Source of the DNA: Tubulanus polymorphus
Taxonomy: Eukaryota > Animalia > Nemertea
Assembly (NCBI RefSeq): GCF_964204645.1
Contig: NC_134031.1
Span: 1,984,001 to 2,048,000, forward strand
Direction of reading: 5' to 3'
DNA: 64,000 nucleotides
Both the position numbers and the translations under genes were made by a program. Positions 41,164 to 55,800 of the stretch are shown here, piece after piece. Numbering within the stretch: the stretch's first letter is position 1; the number at the start of each line of letters is the position of its first letter. The notes below the pieces were generated by a model. That model ran no database searches. It saw nothing but the letters and a program-made list of their open reading frames with translations, and was not told the origin of the DNA.

Positions 41164-44100
41164 GTTTATCACTACTGTTAGGAGCCGATAAAAGCTATAA
41201 AACCACCAGATCTTTTCATTAAGCTTTGACTTAAATGTATACCCATAAATTACCTATCTATTCGGCCAGAAATCATCCGATTTCCGATCACCCCCGTTAA
41301 TCATTTTCGTATACTATACGCAGTTATTAAAGCGATTTCTTCGATTGCGAATGAATTGCGTCAGTCTCTGCGTCAAAAAAGCTCAACAGCGCAGCGAGCG
41401 GGTATAATAATATAATAGCCGGATTGTTTTACGACCTTCACCTCGTCCACTGGTATTAGTAATCAGAGCGGATACCATGCACGCCCATCCATGATGAACG
41501 CCGCCGACGAATCTGATTTACGACTGATGAGACTGAACGCCGTCCTACGTCATCTAGCCTGTACACGATCGAGTCAGCCCTGGAGAGCTATTTCAGACTT
41601 GTTTATGATCTGACACACATCGCCTGGTTTTAGTTGAAATCCGTAATTTCTTGCCATATCGGTGCATATACGTGTTGTAGAGATAAGGTGCTACGATAGG
41701 CGGCCATTTTGAAACGATCGAACCAGAGCACCAGGCGTTCGCCCTAGAGAGCAGTTTCTGGTTGTTTTTACGACCCAGCTATAGCGTACACACCCAGTGT
41801 TTAATCATCGCTATCACGCAATTAGGAAATTAGACCTGTATAATTTTGCAAAAAGCGAAGCCGATATACAAACGCACGAATTCAAGCTTCTTCGGTGAAC
41901 GACCAGAATTTGATGATAGAAAATTTCGTATTCATCGGCCGCTGAACGGTTGCGTTTATACCTCAACCCACTGAGTATTATCAGCAGTTTCTATGCTTTT
42001 AGACTTAAGACCATCTTAGTTCTATGACCAATCTAACAACTTAAGACCAGTCTCAAAATTTAAGACCATTTTTGGACTTAAGTCTCAACTGAGGAACCAG
42101 CCCCTGAGCATTACTACATAGACCAGGCGTTTATTAACATTTGTGGTAAGTAGCAGTGACTTTTTACCGAACCACTGGCACTGCTTGCGCCGGCTATTCT
42201 AGATAATAATTCTGAAAAAGAGCTTGTTTGGACGATGTGGCTTTCACTGGAAGATCAAAGAGAAAGACAAGGGTGAATACCTACATGAATAATAAATCCA
42301 TCTTATACATACATAGTCGCGTGTTTTCTGATGTATTCTGATGCGAGGAGGCGGATTCTAAAACCGACTGCAGTGTCAGGAAGTCTCACTTAGAAAGAAT
42401 TCATATCGGCAAAAACAGATCAAAGAATAACATAATATACGCGCAGTCTGATTGTATAATACCGTATAGTTTTTTTTTTGGTATCCGCATCATTCATCCC
42501 GGCGTAGTTTATCTTAGTAAGAAGCCACGATGATCTGAGATGAAAATGATATTGCTTTCGGATTTTTTATCAACATCGCACAGAGTATCCGCATTGTAAA
42601 GCGTGGTATAGCATGGCAAAGGCGTCTAAATACGGCTTCAAACCCGATCGAAATTCAGTATGCAAATATCCGACTTTAACGACTTGATTTGAATTCACGT
42701 ATCGTCACGAAAGATCTCGAAGCCTAATGAAACATTTATCTAAACCTGTAGTTAGAATTTGAATTCAATTTCGACTATTTTCAGTGTTTCTAGTGCTTGA
42801 AAGCTGATATTCAGCGGCGATGCATTTTAACAAAGAAACTTTAAGAAAGAATCTCTGTTTTGAATAAATCGGTATCATCCGTGTAATAGCTATATTTCAT
42901 ACCGAAATATATTTCTTGATACCAGCAATACAAGTATAGGGCTTCAAGACTGGTTAGCACGCTGGCCTTCCTTGCTGAGACCGTCAACCTTCCCATAAAT
43001 CATGTCTATATCGTTAGATAGCTTGTTACTTTACTTCTTCACGAAAAGCAATTTTTAAGTATAAAAGATATCTCAAAAATGATTCTGGTTCTAAACTAAA
43101 TGCCTACTGTGGATCAAAATACAAGTTTTCAGAACGTCAGGCAATAGAGCTCATTCTCTCAAGAGATTTAACAGTTTCAGATGCTTTGTCATCATCTACA
43201 TATCTTTTTTTCGGTGTTCAGAACACGGGTGTATGGTTCTTACAGGAGTGTCAGAGATGAGTGTTGTTCTAACCGTAACCACGGGCAAGGCCGCTTGCCA
43301 TCGGGGCGAATCTGTTATTCATCACCGTAAAAAATGAAATATTTCTTCAGTCTGGTTATCATAACAAATCATTTGATTTAATTTTTAGATGAAAAATATA
43401 TTGTCATTATTTCTGATTATTTAGAATCATATAATTTTGATGTAATATAAATCATATAACATAATCAAATAATATAATACAAATCCTTAAAATCGACTAA
43501 TTTGATAAAGATGTTTCATCGATATTTATTTTTCAGTGAACGCGATTAAAAAGTGCCTGCAACCAAACATAATCTCATGACATCTCATGATATCTTATAT
43601 TGCTATTCATTAAGCGGAAAGAATACAAGCTATTTTACAAGATATTGAAAACCTATTTTCGTTAGTAAAATAAATATCCCATTCCGAACTAACGAAGTCT
43701 AAAGTAAAATTTCAGCCGAGTCGTTTTCAAAACTAACAACAAAATAGCTCTCAAAAAGAGCAAGTTTTTTTTTTCGTATATTCGGTTAATTGTACTTATA
43801 ACATAGAAAATATTTTTTTTTCATATTCATATTTGAAGTATGATTACAGACAGCAGCTTTCCGTGAAATGCGGGTCAATTGGATGACGATCACACTCATC
43901 GCTTCGTATGGACAAATACAGAATAAATTTAAATAATCAATTCTAAATGAAAGCATTAATACACACAGCATACATCCGCATACATACATTTATATAGATA
44001 CTACTAATCGTTCCCTGAAGCGATTTTTGAAAGATAATTCATAGCAGAGAGTTAGTCCGACGAATATTCTTCATTTATCTTTTTCTCGAGGGAAAGTTTC

Positions 44101-44164
44101 ATCAAAATAATTCCCTTTTACTAACATTTCTATGTCTCAGAATTACAAATTTTTTACACACAAT

Positions 44165-44382
<218 letters not shown>

Positions 44383-47300
44383 CATAAGATGGTCACCTTC
44401 TAACACGTGGGAGGGTTGGAAATTAAATGCTTGCTTCAAACTTTCAATTTTCTTCGTTGAACGTGAAAGGTTAGTCTGTAGGTGTTTGTTAAATGAAGCC
44501 CCGTATTTTCTAGAAATTCTAGGAGAGCTAAACCTTTGAACAAAAAGTCAAGCAGTCCATTAGTAGACTAGGGCTGTCGGATCGACAGTCGTGTTATAAA
44601 AGCGGATACAAAGATCAACTGCGTAAAAATAGTTATTCTTTTAAAGACAAAGAGTAAGTATTTCGCCGAACAAATATGGCTGAAGGGAGGACTTTATATT
44701 GTTCGATATCTAACATATTCAAGGAAGATGTTTGCCTTGTTATGGGGAGGGGAAACTTTAACAGTAATGAAAAAAATTGTCTTTTAAGGCAAAGACAAAA
44801 CATCTTTTAGGCTTAAACAAAGTTGGTTTGTGCAATGAATGATCCAATATTGATGATATTCAGAATCTATTTTCAGTTTCGAAATATATAAAAATTCCAT
44901 CTTCACGGAAACAGTAATGAGTTTCTTCTACATTGAAAATACATATTCCATCACTACTGCTTATTTGTGTTCGACTCGCTAAATCTAATCCTTAGATTTT
45001 CAAGAAAGATTACGATACGATTTAATAAATTGTCCAATCTTGATTGTAAAATTACTCACCGAATCCGAATGTTTTGAATGGATTTTTAAAAATGCCAAAA
45101 GACCGGAAATTCCTCGCAGTCGACTGTACGCGGTGGTGTATATGTACCAAAAATTGTCGTATCTCATAAAACTGGCGCGCAATGCGCAGTTGTATTTTAC
45201 CTAATTCTAAAGCTCAGGTCATAGCTTTAATGTCGCGTGATAATTCATTCGGCATTTCATGATTTATCTCGCTATGTTTCTCGTTATTGCAGTCATAAAC
45301 TAGGTATAAAATGGGCCGAGTTGACGTGCGCTATGGCTCCCGCGGTGTACTAACCCGCGTCTACGTGGCGTAACGTTCTTTTATAGAGGATACGTGAGTA
45401 ATGGCGACATTTTTGTTTTGCTCGGTAAGATTTGCCGTGAAACGCGGGCGGTGCTCGCTTGTCAACCATCCTCGAATTATTACAACCCGATATTCCGTTA
45501 CTTATCGAGATATATCTAACTTTTTTTTTTTAATTTCAGAATTTAAGTTACGCATAGGCCTTAGAAACGGGCTTGATTAAAACGTTTGAAAAATTCTAAA
45601 CGCAGAACTTCTTAAGTTTATAAAAATCCAATTCCTATTCTCAGTAAAAAAGGCCTAATTCTATGTCAGGGCCTTGTTCTATTAAGAATTAATGAGTAAA
45701 AGAATATTTGAAAAATCCTAGTTTTCGGACTTCTTCAATTCACGCCGGTGGAATCGAATCTATTTTTAGTCTCTGATATCTTCTATGACAAAATCTAATG
45801 GTGCTAAAACGTGGCTGAATCCTGGATCAGATACTAGTAGGTAATTTGATGATGAAAGATATGGCGGGTTTCGAGGTTTCATAGAAGTACCTTATACGCG
45901 TCCCGCTGTTTAAATGCATCGCTGACGGGTTCGAACGAAAATACCACAATTTGTGTTTAGCAACAACCGAATGTCTGTCAAGAGCAATCAAACTGCGGGT
46001 ATACAATACAATAACAGTGATTAGAGTGCGATATGAAACTCCGATCTGAGAATGGCAATTATAATATATTATATGTATAATGCGGGTTGCGAATGATGAT
46101 ATGTTATGTTTAATATATGTCTCCAGTGAAAACGGTCTCGCTGTTGTGTCGGTCTCGCTGTTGATGAGCAGATCTGTTGCGACAAGAGGTGTCAATATTG
46201 GGCCTGTAATATTTATAGGACTCGAACTTACTTCTGAATGGGTAGTGAATGTTTTTAATTGGTATTATAAATTCGTGATTTTTAGATGTGATTTATGGAA
46301 AATATAGCGAACAACCACACCTCAAAACGCATTTCATGAACCCAATTATAATTCAGGCATTTTAACGAAAAAAATTAGAAATTCGTTGATAAAATCACAC
46401 GATATATGGATGCGTTTTTTTTTTAAATATTGGTCTCTAGACGGAGCAAAACTCCGTGAATGTTTCTTACAATTATAGAACTTGGTCTTATCACAAATTC
46501 AAACAATTCGCAGAAGAGGAAAAAACGCTGAAATCTTCTTCGACGCAAATTTGTTACAAGTGCCTAATATCTATATATCTGCCACAGCGTTACCATTTTT
46601 TATCAAATCCCGCGCAATAAAACCGGAGAGATTTGTTGCTTTGTAAATAGATAATATTTATCCTGGTGCGCGTGGATTTACGACCTGGCTCGAAGCCACC
46701 AACACACTGATGGGGTCCGTGGAGGTGGTTGAGATAACGAACAGGATACACGCATACGTATCGTGCATTGTGAGAACGTGTAACAGTTATAACGAAAATC
46801 ATCGGACAATTTCCGTGTAACGATTTCTGTCGGGCGACTAGTTCGACTTCTTCCAAAGTAAAGATGCAGTATTTTGTCGCGGCGACTTCTGTCGTATTTA
46901 CGAATCGAGTATAGTTACGAATAAACCGATGTAAAATGTCGTTATTTCTGGTTAACAAATGATAAGAACTTTTGGCAGACATTTCATGGGAGATACATGA
47001 TTTCAAAGAGCCAACAAAACAATAACAGTTTCAATTACTAATGGCTAACTATCAAATTAGTCTAGCACCATTTATTGAAGTGTGTTCAGATAAAAGGAAT
47101 TCATGTTAATATTATCAGTACTACTTGACTGTATTCATTTATCTAATTTTTATAAATGGTAACTTACAAGCCCGCGCCCGTTGAGGGCTGGGTAGTGTTT
47201 TACTGTACTTTGCCCGAATATACACATAAATATGATAAAAAGTGTTAATTCAATGAATATGAATCATTATCTATGTTACTCTAAATTGATAAAGAATACA

Positions 47301-48905
47301 GTACAAGTTTCAGTATGAGACTAAAAGTGCCCGTTACCAATAAAAGATTATCCCGTTATGTCAACTGTTTTTTTTCTCAAAGAAATAAATCGACATTTTT
47401 TCGTAGACCTGCCCAAAAACAGCGATTCGATCCTTTAATCGTTGCAAAATTGCCGTCAAAAATCGGTATTCAGTCAACAAGATAGGAGGGAAATATATAG
47501 AGACATGCTGAAAATGGAACGGCGTCGAGACAAAGGGACATTAAACCCCGTACCTACTACATGTTATTCTCGGCGGTAAGCGTACTCGCTTACCCTCGTA
47601 AACTTACCATATCATTAGATAATCCGACATCGGTCTAAAGTTAATCTCACTGGTCTATGCTCGTTGTAAGTCTAATCCCGGGTGTACATGCTATTGTTGT
47701 TGAACGCGGGATAATCCAGCACCGCTCTATCGCGCGTATGCGATTCGGGGCGAATGATGCTGCAACACCGCCACTGAGCCAGCGAACAGACGGCGTATGA
47801 TATGTGCCGTTCCCGAACCGTCTGTCGTCAACTGAACCTGATGGGGGCGCGTTATCAATGACTATCTCCACGTCGACAAAAATTCAACCCTGTTTGTAAA
47901 TACGTCTATTATATGGTACACTCTCCTCGTAGTGACCAGGAAAAATCTCACCTCAGTTTGAACGATCATCGGGCGCGAAACCACTGCGAAGTGAGCGACT
48001 TCATATCCAGCCGTCGCCCTGTGCGGCAATTCACACGTTAACGTCTGGCAATATTATCATTCGGCACAATAAAATACTCTCGGTTTCCCGCGAGGAATGA
48101 TGTCAAAATTTACCCGACGCGGCAGATCCGACAAGCGGGGGATGAGCGTCAGATAGAGATAGAGAGAGAGAGTGGTTTTATCACCAGCGCACCCGGGCTG
48201 GTAATCGAATAACCGGGGTAAGTGTGGAAGCTTTGTGTGGCATTAATTCTCGCGAATAACGAGCTTCCAACATACATAATCCTTAATCAGATACAACAGC
48301 AATAAATGAGTTAACTTATAAATATATCAGGATAGTTTTTGAAAGGTTTCTTAGCCTTAACGATGTCCATTCTAAGAAATCATTGCGATAGAAATTCAAA
48401 CAGAATAGATTATACACGTGAAGACATTTAGCCGGTGTTCATGTCACTAGTATTAAAACTAGGTCAGAAGGCAGTTTTTACCTTGTTTTTATGTGTCAGC
48501 AGTCGACACGGCGACAACGATGGAATAAATTCGTGGTGATTCTATTTGCATTATTCTTATACACGTAACGTTGAGGCAGAGACTTAACGAGATGCATTGT
48601 GAATGAAACGGTAATATATCATCTGAGTAGCGGACACGACTAGACTCGCGATAATAAAAAAAAAACATTTAATGGCTTATACCGCCGAATGAAATCATTA
48701 AGCGACGCCATTGCGACCGAATCGCCATCTGACGGCTTTAAACGACACGCAACCCTCAAATGGGTCGTACGCAAATTAGAAAATGTCGACAACGTACCCG
48801 AATGTTATGGTTGGTGTAGTGTCCACATCGATAACACATTTTCAACTGTAGTTAACCCTTTAGTCGTCGCTAGCGCTTTACGGTCAGTGACATCCTGTGG
48901 CGTTA

Positions 48906-49262
48906 AGCCTAGCGCACATCGACACTGCGATTGGAGACAACTAGTTGCCAGGCAGTTTTCGGCGCATGAGAGAAACTGGCTGGATACAATCAGTTGCTCT
49001 CATATCCGTCGATGTGAGCGCTCCATAATCAACAACACATGGTTGTAACTGACTAAAACAAAGCTATTTGTCATGTGACTTGTGATGCCCTCAAGAATAT
49101 TTGCTAGACCACATCTCAGTTGCTGTCGATGTGTGCGCTATAGACCTAGCGACCGGCATGAGCCACGTAGTTGCTGGTTTTTACTAAATTTTCGATGTGC
49201 GCGGGGTACTCGCTCACTAGCAACTAGTTGTCTCCAGTCGCTTTGTCGATGTGCGCTAGGCT
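48906..49262. mobile_element. MITE family B, second copy
   Basis: Same TIR, TTA duplicated on both sides, different internal region. Confidence 0.9.
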
Positions 49263-52200
49263 TTAGGCAATAAAGCGGTACAGGGCACAACTAAAAACAG
49301 TATAGACTCCATGATATTCTGTGTTGGAGGGAGGCTAAAGTTTATAGAAAATTAACTAAATTTTGACTAAGTCATCCTAATGTCACGCACGCCACCTAGC
49401 GGAATAGCTGGCGACCGGGATGGTCCACTAAGATGCAAGAGGGCTTGTCATTATCAAGAAGAATGCTATCTTGCTCTGATCCTTGACCGAACAATTCGTC
49501 CAACAAGAAAGTTCACCTTAAATATGCAATAAATAACCACAAAACGGATCAATTAATGATCAGTGCTTAAATTAGATACATTTATTATTTATCATTATAA
49601 TAATTGTTATCATCATGATCATTAGACCATGTTTAATATGATCGGTATAACATTATTCGTTCGTAGATACAAAATTCAATTCGAGTTCAAATATATGTGG
49701 ACAAGAAAACAAACAAAGAAAAAAAGGAAGACAGACCTTTTCATTATCATCATCATTATTATCGATATCATTATTATCATTATCATTATTACTAGTACAA
49801 GAAATAATGCTATCGTATTAGTGTTATTATTATCTTATGAAAACTTTCGTATTCTATAGTAAGTAATTGCATAAAATTCCCAGAGTAAAATACTAATCAT
49901 TTTACACGGAAAGAACCTATAATTCTGCTCATTGCTAGAGGGTTGGCCTAAAAAGTGATTACAACCCGAAGAATAGGGAATGAAAATGATCATTTTCTTA
50001 AAAACTCAAGCCGGCCGCAAACGCTTAGAGGAATTATTCCTCTATCGGGTGTAACGTCTGAACAATCTCACAGCCTTTGTATCATATCAAGTCTCATTCC
50101 TCGTACGGCATCAGAAACCGACCCAGTCGTCTCTACGCCCGCCATAGACGTATGCTCGCGGCCGACTTACGAATATGATCGTAGCGTGGATAAAATGAAA
50201 TGTTTAAATCCTAGCTCTAGCCGGTCGAGTTCTGATGCACGTTGCAATAGGCCCTGTATTCAGAAGAGAATAGGTTCGATTTATTAAAATGAAGGTTAAC
50301 AATACGTTTATGATTATCTAATACCGTTTAAATGTAGCGTGATACTTTAAGATTGTTATCTTCTGACGGTTCGTGCAGTTTTAATTGATTCTTTTTCTTA
50401 CGGTTGCGGTGTTACCACAATCGTACACCAGATGGCGTCTCTTTATTAGAAATACGGACTTAAAAAGTGAAGCGATATTCGTAATTTGGTATAAAAAATC
50501 CTTAAAACGACGATTTGTAACTACGATGATAAAAATGTGGAATTTCTTTTGAAAAAGAACCAAACGGTGTATTCAGAATTGAAAGCTTGCTAAGAACGAT
50601 ACAGTTGATACGAAGGTATTTCGGTCGGGTGTACAGTGTCTTCAGAAGGGGAGTTCAGTTCAACGAGTAATTCGACAAGCCTTTTGAAACATTTATTAGG
50701 AACTAACACGAAACTTGCTCCGCGTGAAGAAACATATATCGCGGATACTTGAATTTTTAATCGGAGCAAAAAGATCGTATTTTAAGTGGAGGCGTATAAA
50801 AATTTACATCGAACATCGACATTTGGGTATCAAGGCTCAGTTCTACACCTAATAACTAAGATTTGAATCTTTTTAGTAACATCACAGAAAGCGAGCGCAA
50901 TTTCAGTGTCTGGACTCAGTTGCACAGTCGTGACTTCATTTCATAAGTGGTTTCAGATCATAAAGTCTGGCCCTAAGTTGTTAGACACGGAACTATAAGA
51001 ATGGCCTTAAGTTGTTAGATTTCCGTTAGAATCGTGGACTCTAAAACGTCCACGACAGAACTAAGTAAGTTCCAGGCATGTATTGAAGCTAAGCCACGGC
51101 AGTACAACTGGTCACTGGGGTATTCATTATATACGACCGAACGTCTAGTAATATTTACGAAATAACAATTCAAGCAAAACGATTGTGAGATTACGAAGAA
51201 AATAACGACGAAGATGCAGAAATCTATCGCGTGGAAAATATATCAAAAAGCACGAGTGACGAGATGAGGAACTTCGTCCGAGCTTCGTCCGAACTTCGTC
51301 GATGAATTTCAAAAATATGAGAGAAAAAATTCGAGTGCAAACACACGTATTATTATCGCGTAGTGGAGTATTCTTGAAAACGACTAGAATTGTGTTTTTT
51401 ATTTTCTATTATAATCAATGAGTAATTGCTACACGTTTATTTTGATCTGCTGCCAATAAGGGCGATGATGATAAGATTATAAATTCAATGGATTTTATGA
51501 ATAAGAAATATAGTGAAGCTCGATTCATGCAAGATTTTGTCCAGTGATATATAAAGTGCTCTGAGACGTAAAAGGCGATCGTATATTTGTAGAAGATCGG
51601 CTTAACAAATCGGGAAACTGTGAATCCAGTCTCATAGGTTGTGTGGGGTCTTACAAAATCTGAACCCAGTTCCACAGTTGTGCGGATTCAGTTCATAATG
51701 TCCGTGACCGATTTCTTTTTTCACGTACGGATAACGTCAAAAAATCTATTGATAAAAACCAACGACAAAAACCGAACATTTGCCAAACATTAGCAATAGA
51801 GTTGAATATTAGAAAATGTGAGTTGTACATGAATCGTAAGAACTCAGATAGGTATAATCGTGGCCATCTTTAAAAGCAAAAACTAATAATACAAGAAATT
51901 TCCTTGGTTGTAGAAGACAAACAATTATATACGGTGACCTCTCAAGGACGTTCCCTAACCGTATTCTTTCGCTATTATTCGAAGAGAACAAGACATATAT
52001 AAAACGTTAAATATTTGATATTTCTGTCAACGTTCGCGCCGGCGTTGCGCTCACATCGAAAAACCATCGCCTTGGTAACCATTTACACATCAGCCCAGAC
52101 TCCGCAGTGTGTAGTCATATTCGACGCGCAGACTCAGCCGCCGCCGCTCTACACAAACGGGCAACAAATCAAAACGAAAAACAAATACTTTAAGATATAT

Positions 52201-52865
52201 ACTTAAAATTTTAACTGTTTCATCATCGATAAAACCATCCCGAAGGTGTGAGATTAAGAGGTACATTAGTAGCTAAATAACAAACGATACGATCGTAAAA
52301 TCGAAAATGAAACGACGAGGTTACATTCTTTTTGGAATCGTTAAAACGCCTTCCCGATTATGGAGATGTTGGAATGATAAAATCGCTCCCGATGTTGGAC
52401 AATAGTTCGCGTGGATTTTTCTCCGCGATCGTATAGTAGTAACTGACTGCCCGCATGTCAGCACGTGGTCATTGATCGCGGTAGTGACTAAAATCCAGAC
52501 CCGGATTCGGACTCCGGACTCAAATGCACCGGACGCTTTAAGTCGATACACTGGTCGCTTAAATATGCAAATATTCGCCGAGTTTCATCGCGACGAATAG
52601 GAAATATATAACGCGCATGCGCACAACGACGCTGGGAAGAAATTCGAATATATTACGAGTATGTCTAGTGTATATAGCAAAAACGATTTGTTTAAATACA
52701 TTCGATTAAAAAATCACCTGCACCTCGATGATGACGTAATGTCGGCAACGATTATCATAATTAACCGTGATTATCCTGATCAATATGAGCAGAAAGTAGT
52801 CCCGCGGATTGATTTGCTGATTTGAATACGGTCGTCTGTTGTTGTTGCTGTTGTTGTTGTTGTTG

Positions 52866-55800
52866 TTAAATATGTTGAGTTCCACGTTTACGCTGACCGC
52901 AGCAGCCACAACCTTTCGAAGCAGTGTGTATTAAGTCGTCAAGCATCATACAAAAGGCAGCAGTATAGAAGAAAAAAGCACACGCCCAGCCCAGATAATA
53001 GCCGTATCCGTAACGATAGTCTCTCGGCGATTTCCGCATGACGAATACCGGGTATACTATCAAAGCTGAAGTCATCGTTAAGGCTGAAAATAGAAATTGA
53101 ACAAATACTTTTGAATCGAATACTCGTCAAATAGATGTATGCAGTTGTGTGTGATGAGTTGGATGAACATTAACGACGCTTTAGCGCCTATGCGTTTAGG
53201 GTTGGATTGAGTTCAGAGTAGTCGGGTGGATCTATTCAATATTCAGAACCAGGGCCCAGTTGTCCAAAAATGATCTTTCTTAACACGTTAGATATGATAT
53301 AGAGCTAAACGATGGTTTTAAACTGGTCTTAAATCTAAGCCACGACTCATCCTCCCCCGGCAGGGATTCGAACCTGATGGCATCAGATTGCCACGGCACG
53401 AAACCCTGCCATAATCGACCGTGTGCGCAGATACATGCACAGTTCAGATGATGTGATTTTTAGCCAATCAGAAATCCCGTTTTATTTTAGCCCGGGTTTT
53501 CCCATTTATAGTTCTTCCTTGAAATTTGCCTCAACGATTATACAACGAGCAATCTGATTGGTGCCGCCAGTTTTCGATCGGAAAGCTGCGCATGTACCTG
53601 CACACCCGGTCTACTGATGCAGGGGTTCGTGCCGTGGCTGAGTGTAGCGATGCCATCAGGTTCGAGTCCCAGCAGAGGGAGGATGGCCACGACTTAGCAG
53701 CGGAACCCTGGATTAGTAAAATGGTAATTATATGACCCTATGTGCAACTGGCTTCTTGGTTTATGAAATTATAATTTTCTGGCTACAGAATAAAACTATT
53801 AGGCTAAGATAAGCAACAAAATGAAATCGGAACACCGATAAGTACATGGGTACTTTCAAAAGGAAATATTTCACTTTTTTTCTTACGGTCAAATAAAGAT
53901 TTTTTTTCAATTTTTTTTAAATTCAAATTCTTCTCGAATGCGAATATTCTGATCAAGTTTCGACGCTGAAATGGGGGAGAATTTTCAAAAATGATTTTTC
54001 ATCACCCGACAGCGAATGCGTCTGGAGACTGACGCGTATGTCGCAGTGCTTAAGCGCGTATAGCGTCTGTTTACATAAGGAGGTTACGTAAATAACGACT
54101 CGATAATATAAAACTCTAGTATTCCAGGAAAGTGGGAATCATCTTTACGAACCACATATGACGAAGATTTCTCCAGAGGAATGATAACAGTAAAGCTTTC
54201 TTGGCAAATCCGTCACGCACACTCCACGTATTGATAAAATTGTTGCTACGAAACCAAACGCGTTCGCAGAAACGAGCAGGCCAATCACTGCTTGATGCCA
54301 TTCTGAAAACAATGAGAAAAAAAATCCAACGTCAAAAGCTTTGTTGTTTTATACGGAAGCCCCTAGGTGACATACGAGAAATAAGTCGAAATTCGACTTA
54401 TTATGTCGAAATTCGACTTATTAAGTCGAAATTCGACTTATTATGTCGAAATTCGACTTATTATGTTGAAATTCGACATAATAAGTCGAATTTCGTGTTA
54501 ATTAAGTCGAATTTCGAGTTTTATTTTCATGTCGAATTTCGACTTAATTAACACGAAATTCGACTTATTATGTCGAAATTCGACTTATTGTCTCGAAATT
54601 CGACTTATTAAGTCGAAATTCGACTTATTATGTCGAAATTCGACTTGATAAGTCGAATTTACGAAAAAAATTATCTCATATGTCACCTAGGGGCTTCCGT
54701 AGTTTTAAGATGCGTTTCAGAGGACCTTTTTCGCTTTCTTTCAAAGGGATCGCCGGGACGGTTAATACTGCTTAAGTAAATGTAGTAGATGACTGAAAAG
54801 CCCAACGCACACGACGCATGGAAACACAGAAACGGCGTTTCCCTGTATCGTGTGCGTTTACGAGAAACAACGTTTCCGAGATGGAAAATGTTTGATTCCG
54901 TGTTTCCTCGCGTTGTGTGCGTTGGGCCGTCGCTTCTTGGTGAGTTAAAATGGTACTACAGATTTTAGGCTCCGAACACATCACTATTACAATCGGTTGA
55001 ATTACGGATCACTGCTTATTTTCAGGGGAAGCCCTCACCCTCTTTTACCCTGTTATTTTACAACCTTGAATAGAGCATATTCTAACGCCCCCCATTCACC
55101 TGATGCATATTATTAAACAACGTGTACGTATACCCTGCCATGGGTTATTCAATTCACGACAACAGAAAAACGTGAATAAAATGTTTTTTTCAAACAAATA
55201 GGGAAAATTGCTTTTTTATATATCACTTTCAGTACAATATCATCAGATAACAGTAAACCACGAGCTGTTAACAGCAATAAAAATGTACATTGTTAATTTA
55301 AGTACGACTGATACATTTCATTTAGAACATTTATAGTATAGACACTCTGCAACGATGACTCAATATAAACACTTCTCATTGCCCATAATTTTAGGAGAGA
55401 CATATTTCATAAAGCATATATAATAACAGTTGGTGATATGAATCATCACGACTCGGCGTATATTATTACTTTTACCAAACGTACGTGGAAAGGACGGACA
55501 CGTTGACTTATCTAGTTTACTGGTTTTGTTCTCCAAAAGCGTGCTATTCGTTAAATAGCATACGTCCCACAGACCAGAAGTCTCATCTACAAAAAATAAC
55601 GAAGATATTGAATTATTCATACGCGTACGAATACGTACATCAATTTGTAATTAGCTGTACGAGATTGAAGGAAGGAAATCACATTGTGTGAATAAGACCC
55701 TGCTCGGCTTAAGGAGTCCCGTGATTAGAACGAAGTACTGCGGCATAATATTTGAAATCGAAGCTTTTAGGATAGAAAATTCTATTCGTTAGAAAATATA

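Noticed and set aside
41491-41536. C/D-box-like order ATGATGA…CTGA…TGATGA…CTGA, also containing CTGATGA
   Set aside because: Only 46 nt, a 2-nt second guide, no terminal stem and no convincing rRNA target. No stem II-GAAA, so not a hammerhead either.
54384-54660. CRISPR-like repeat array
   Set aside because: No unique spacers, eukaryotic context, enclosed by transposon TIRs.
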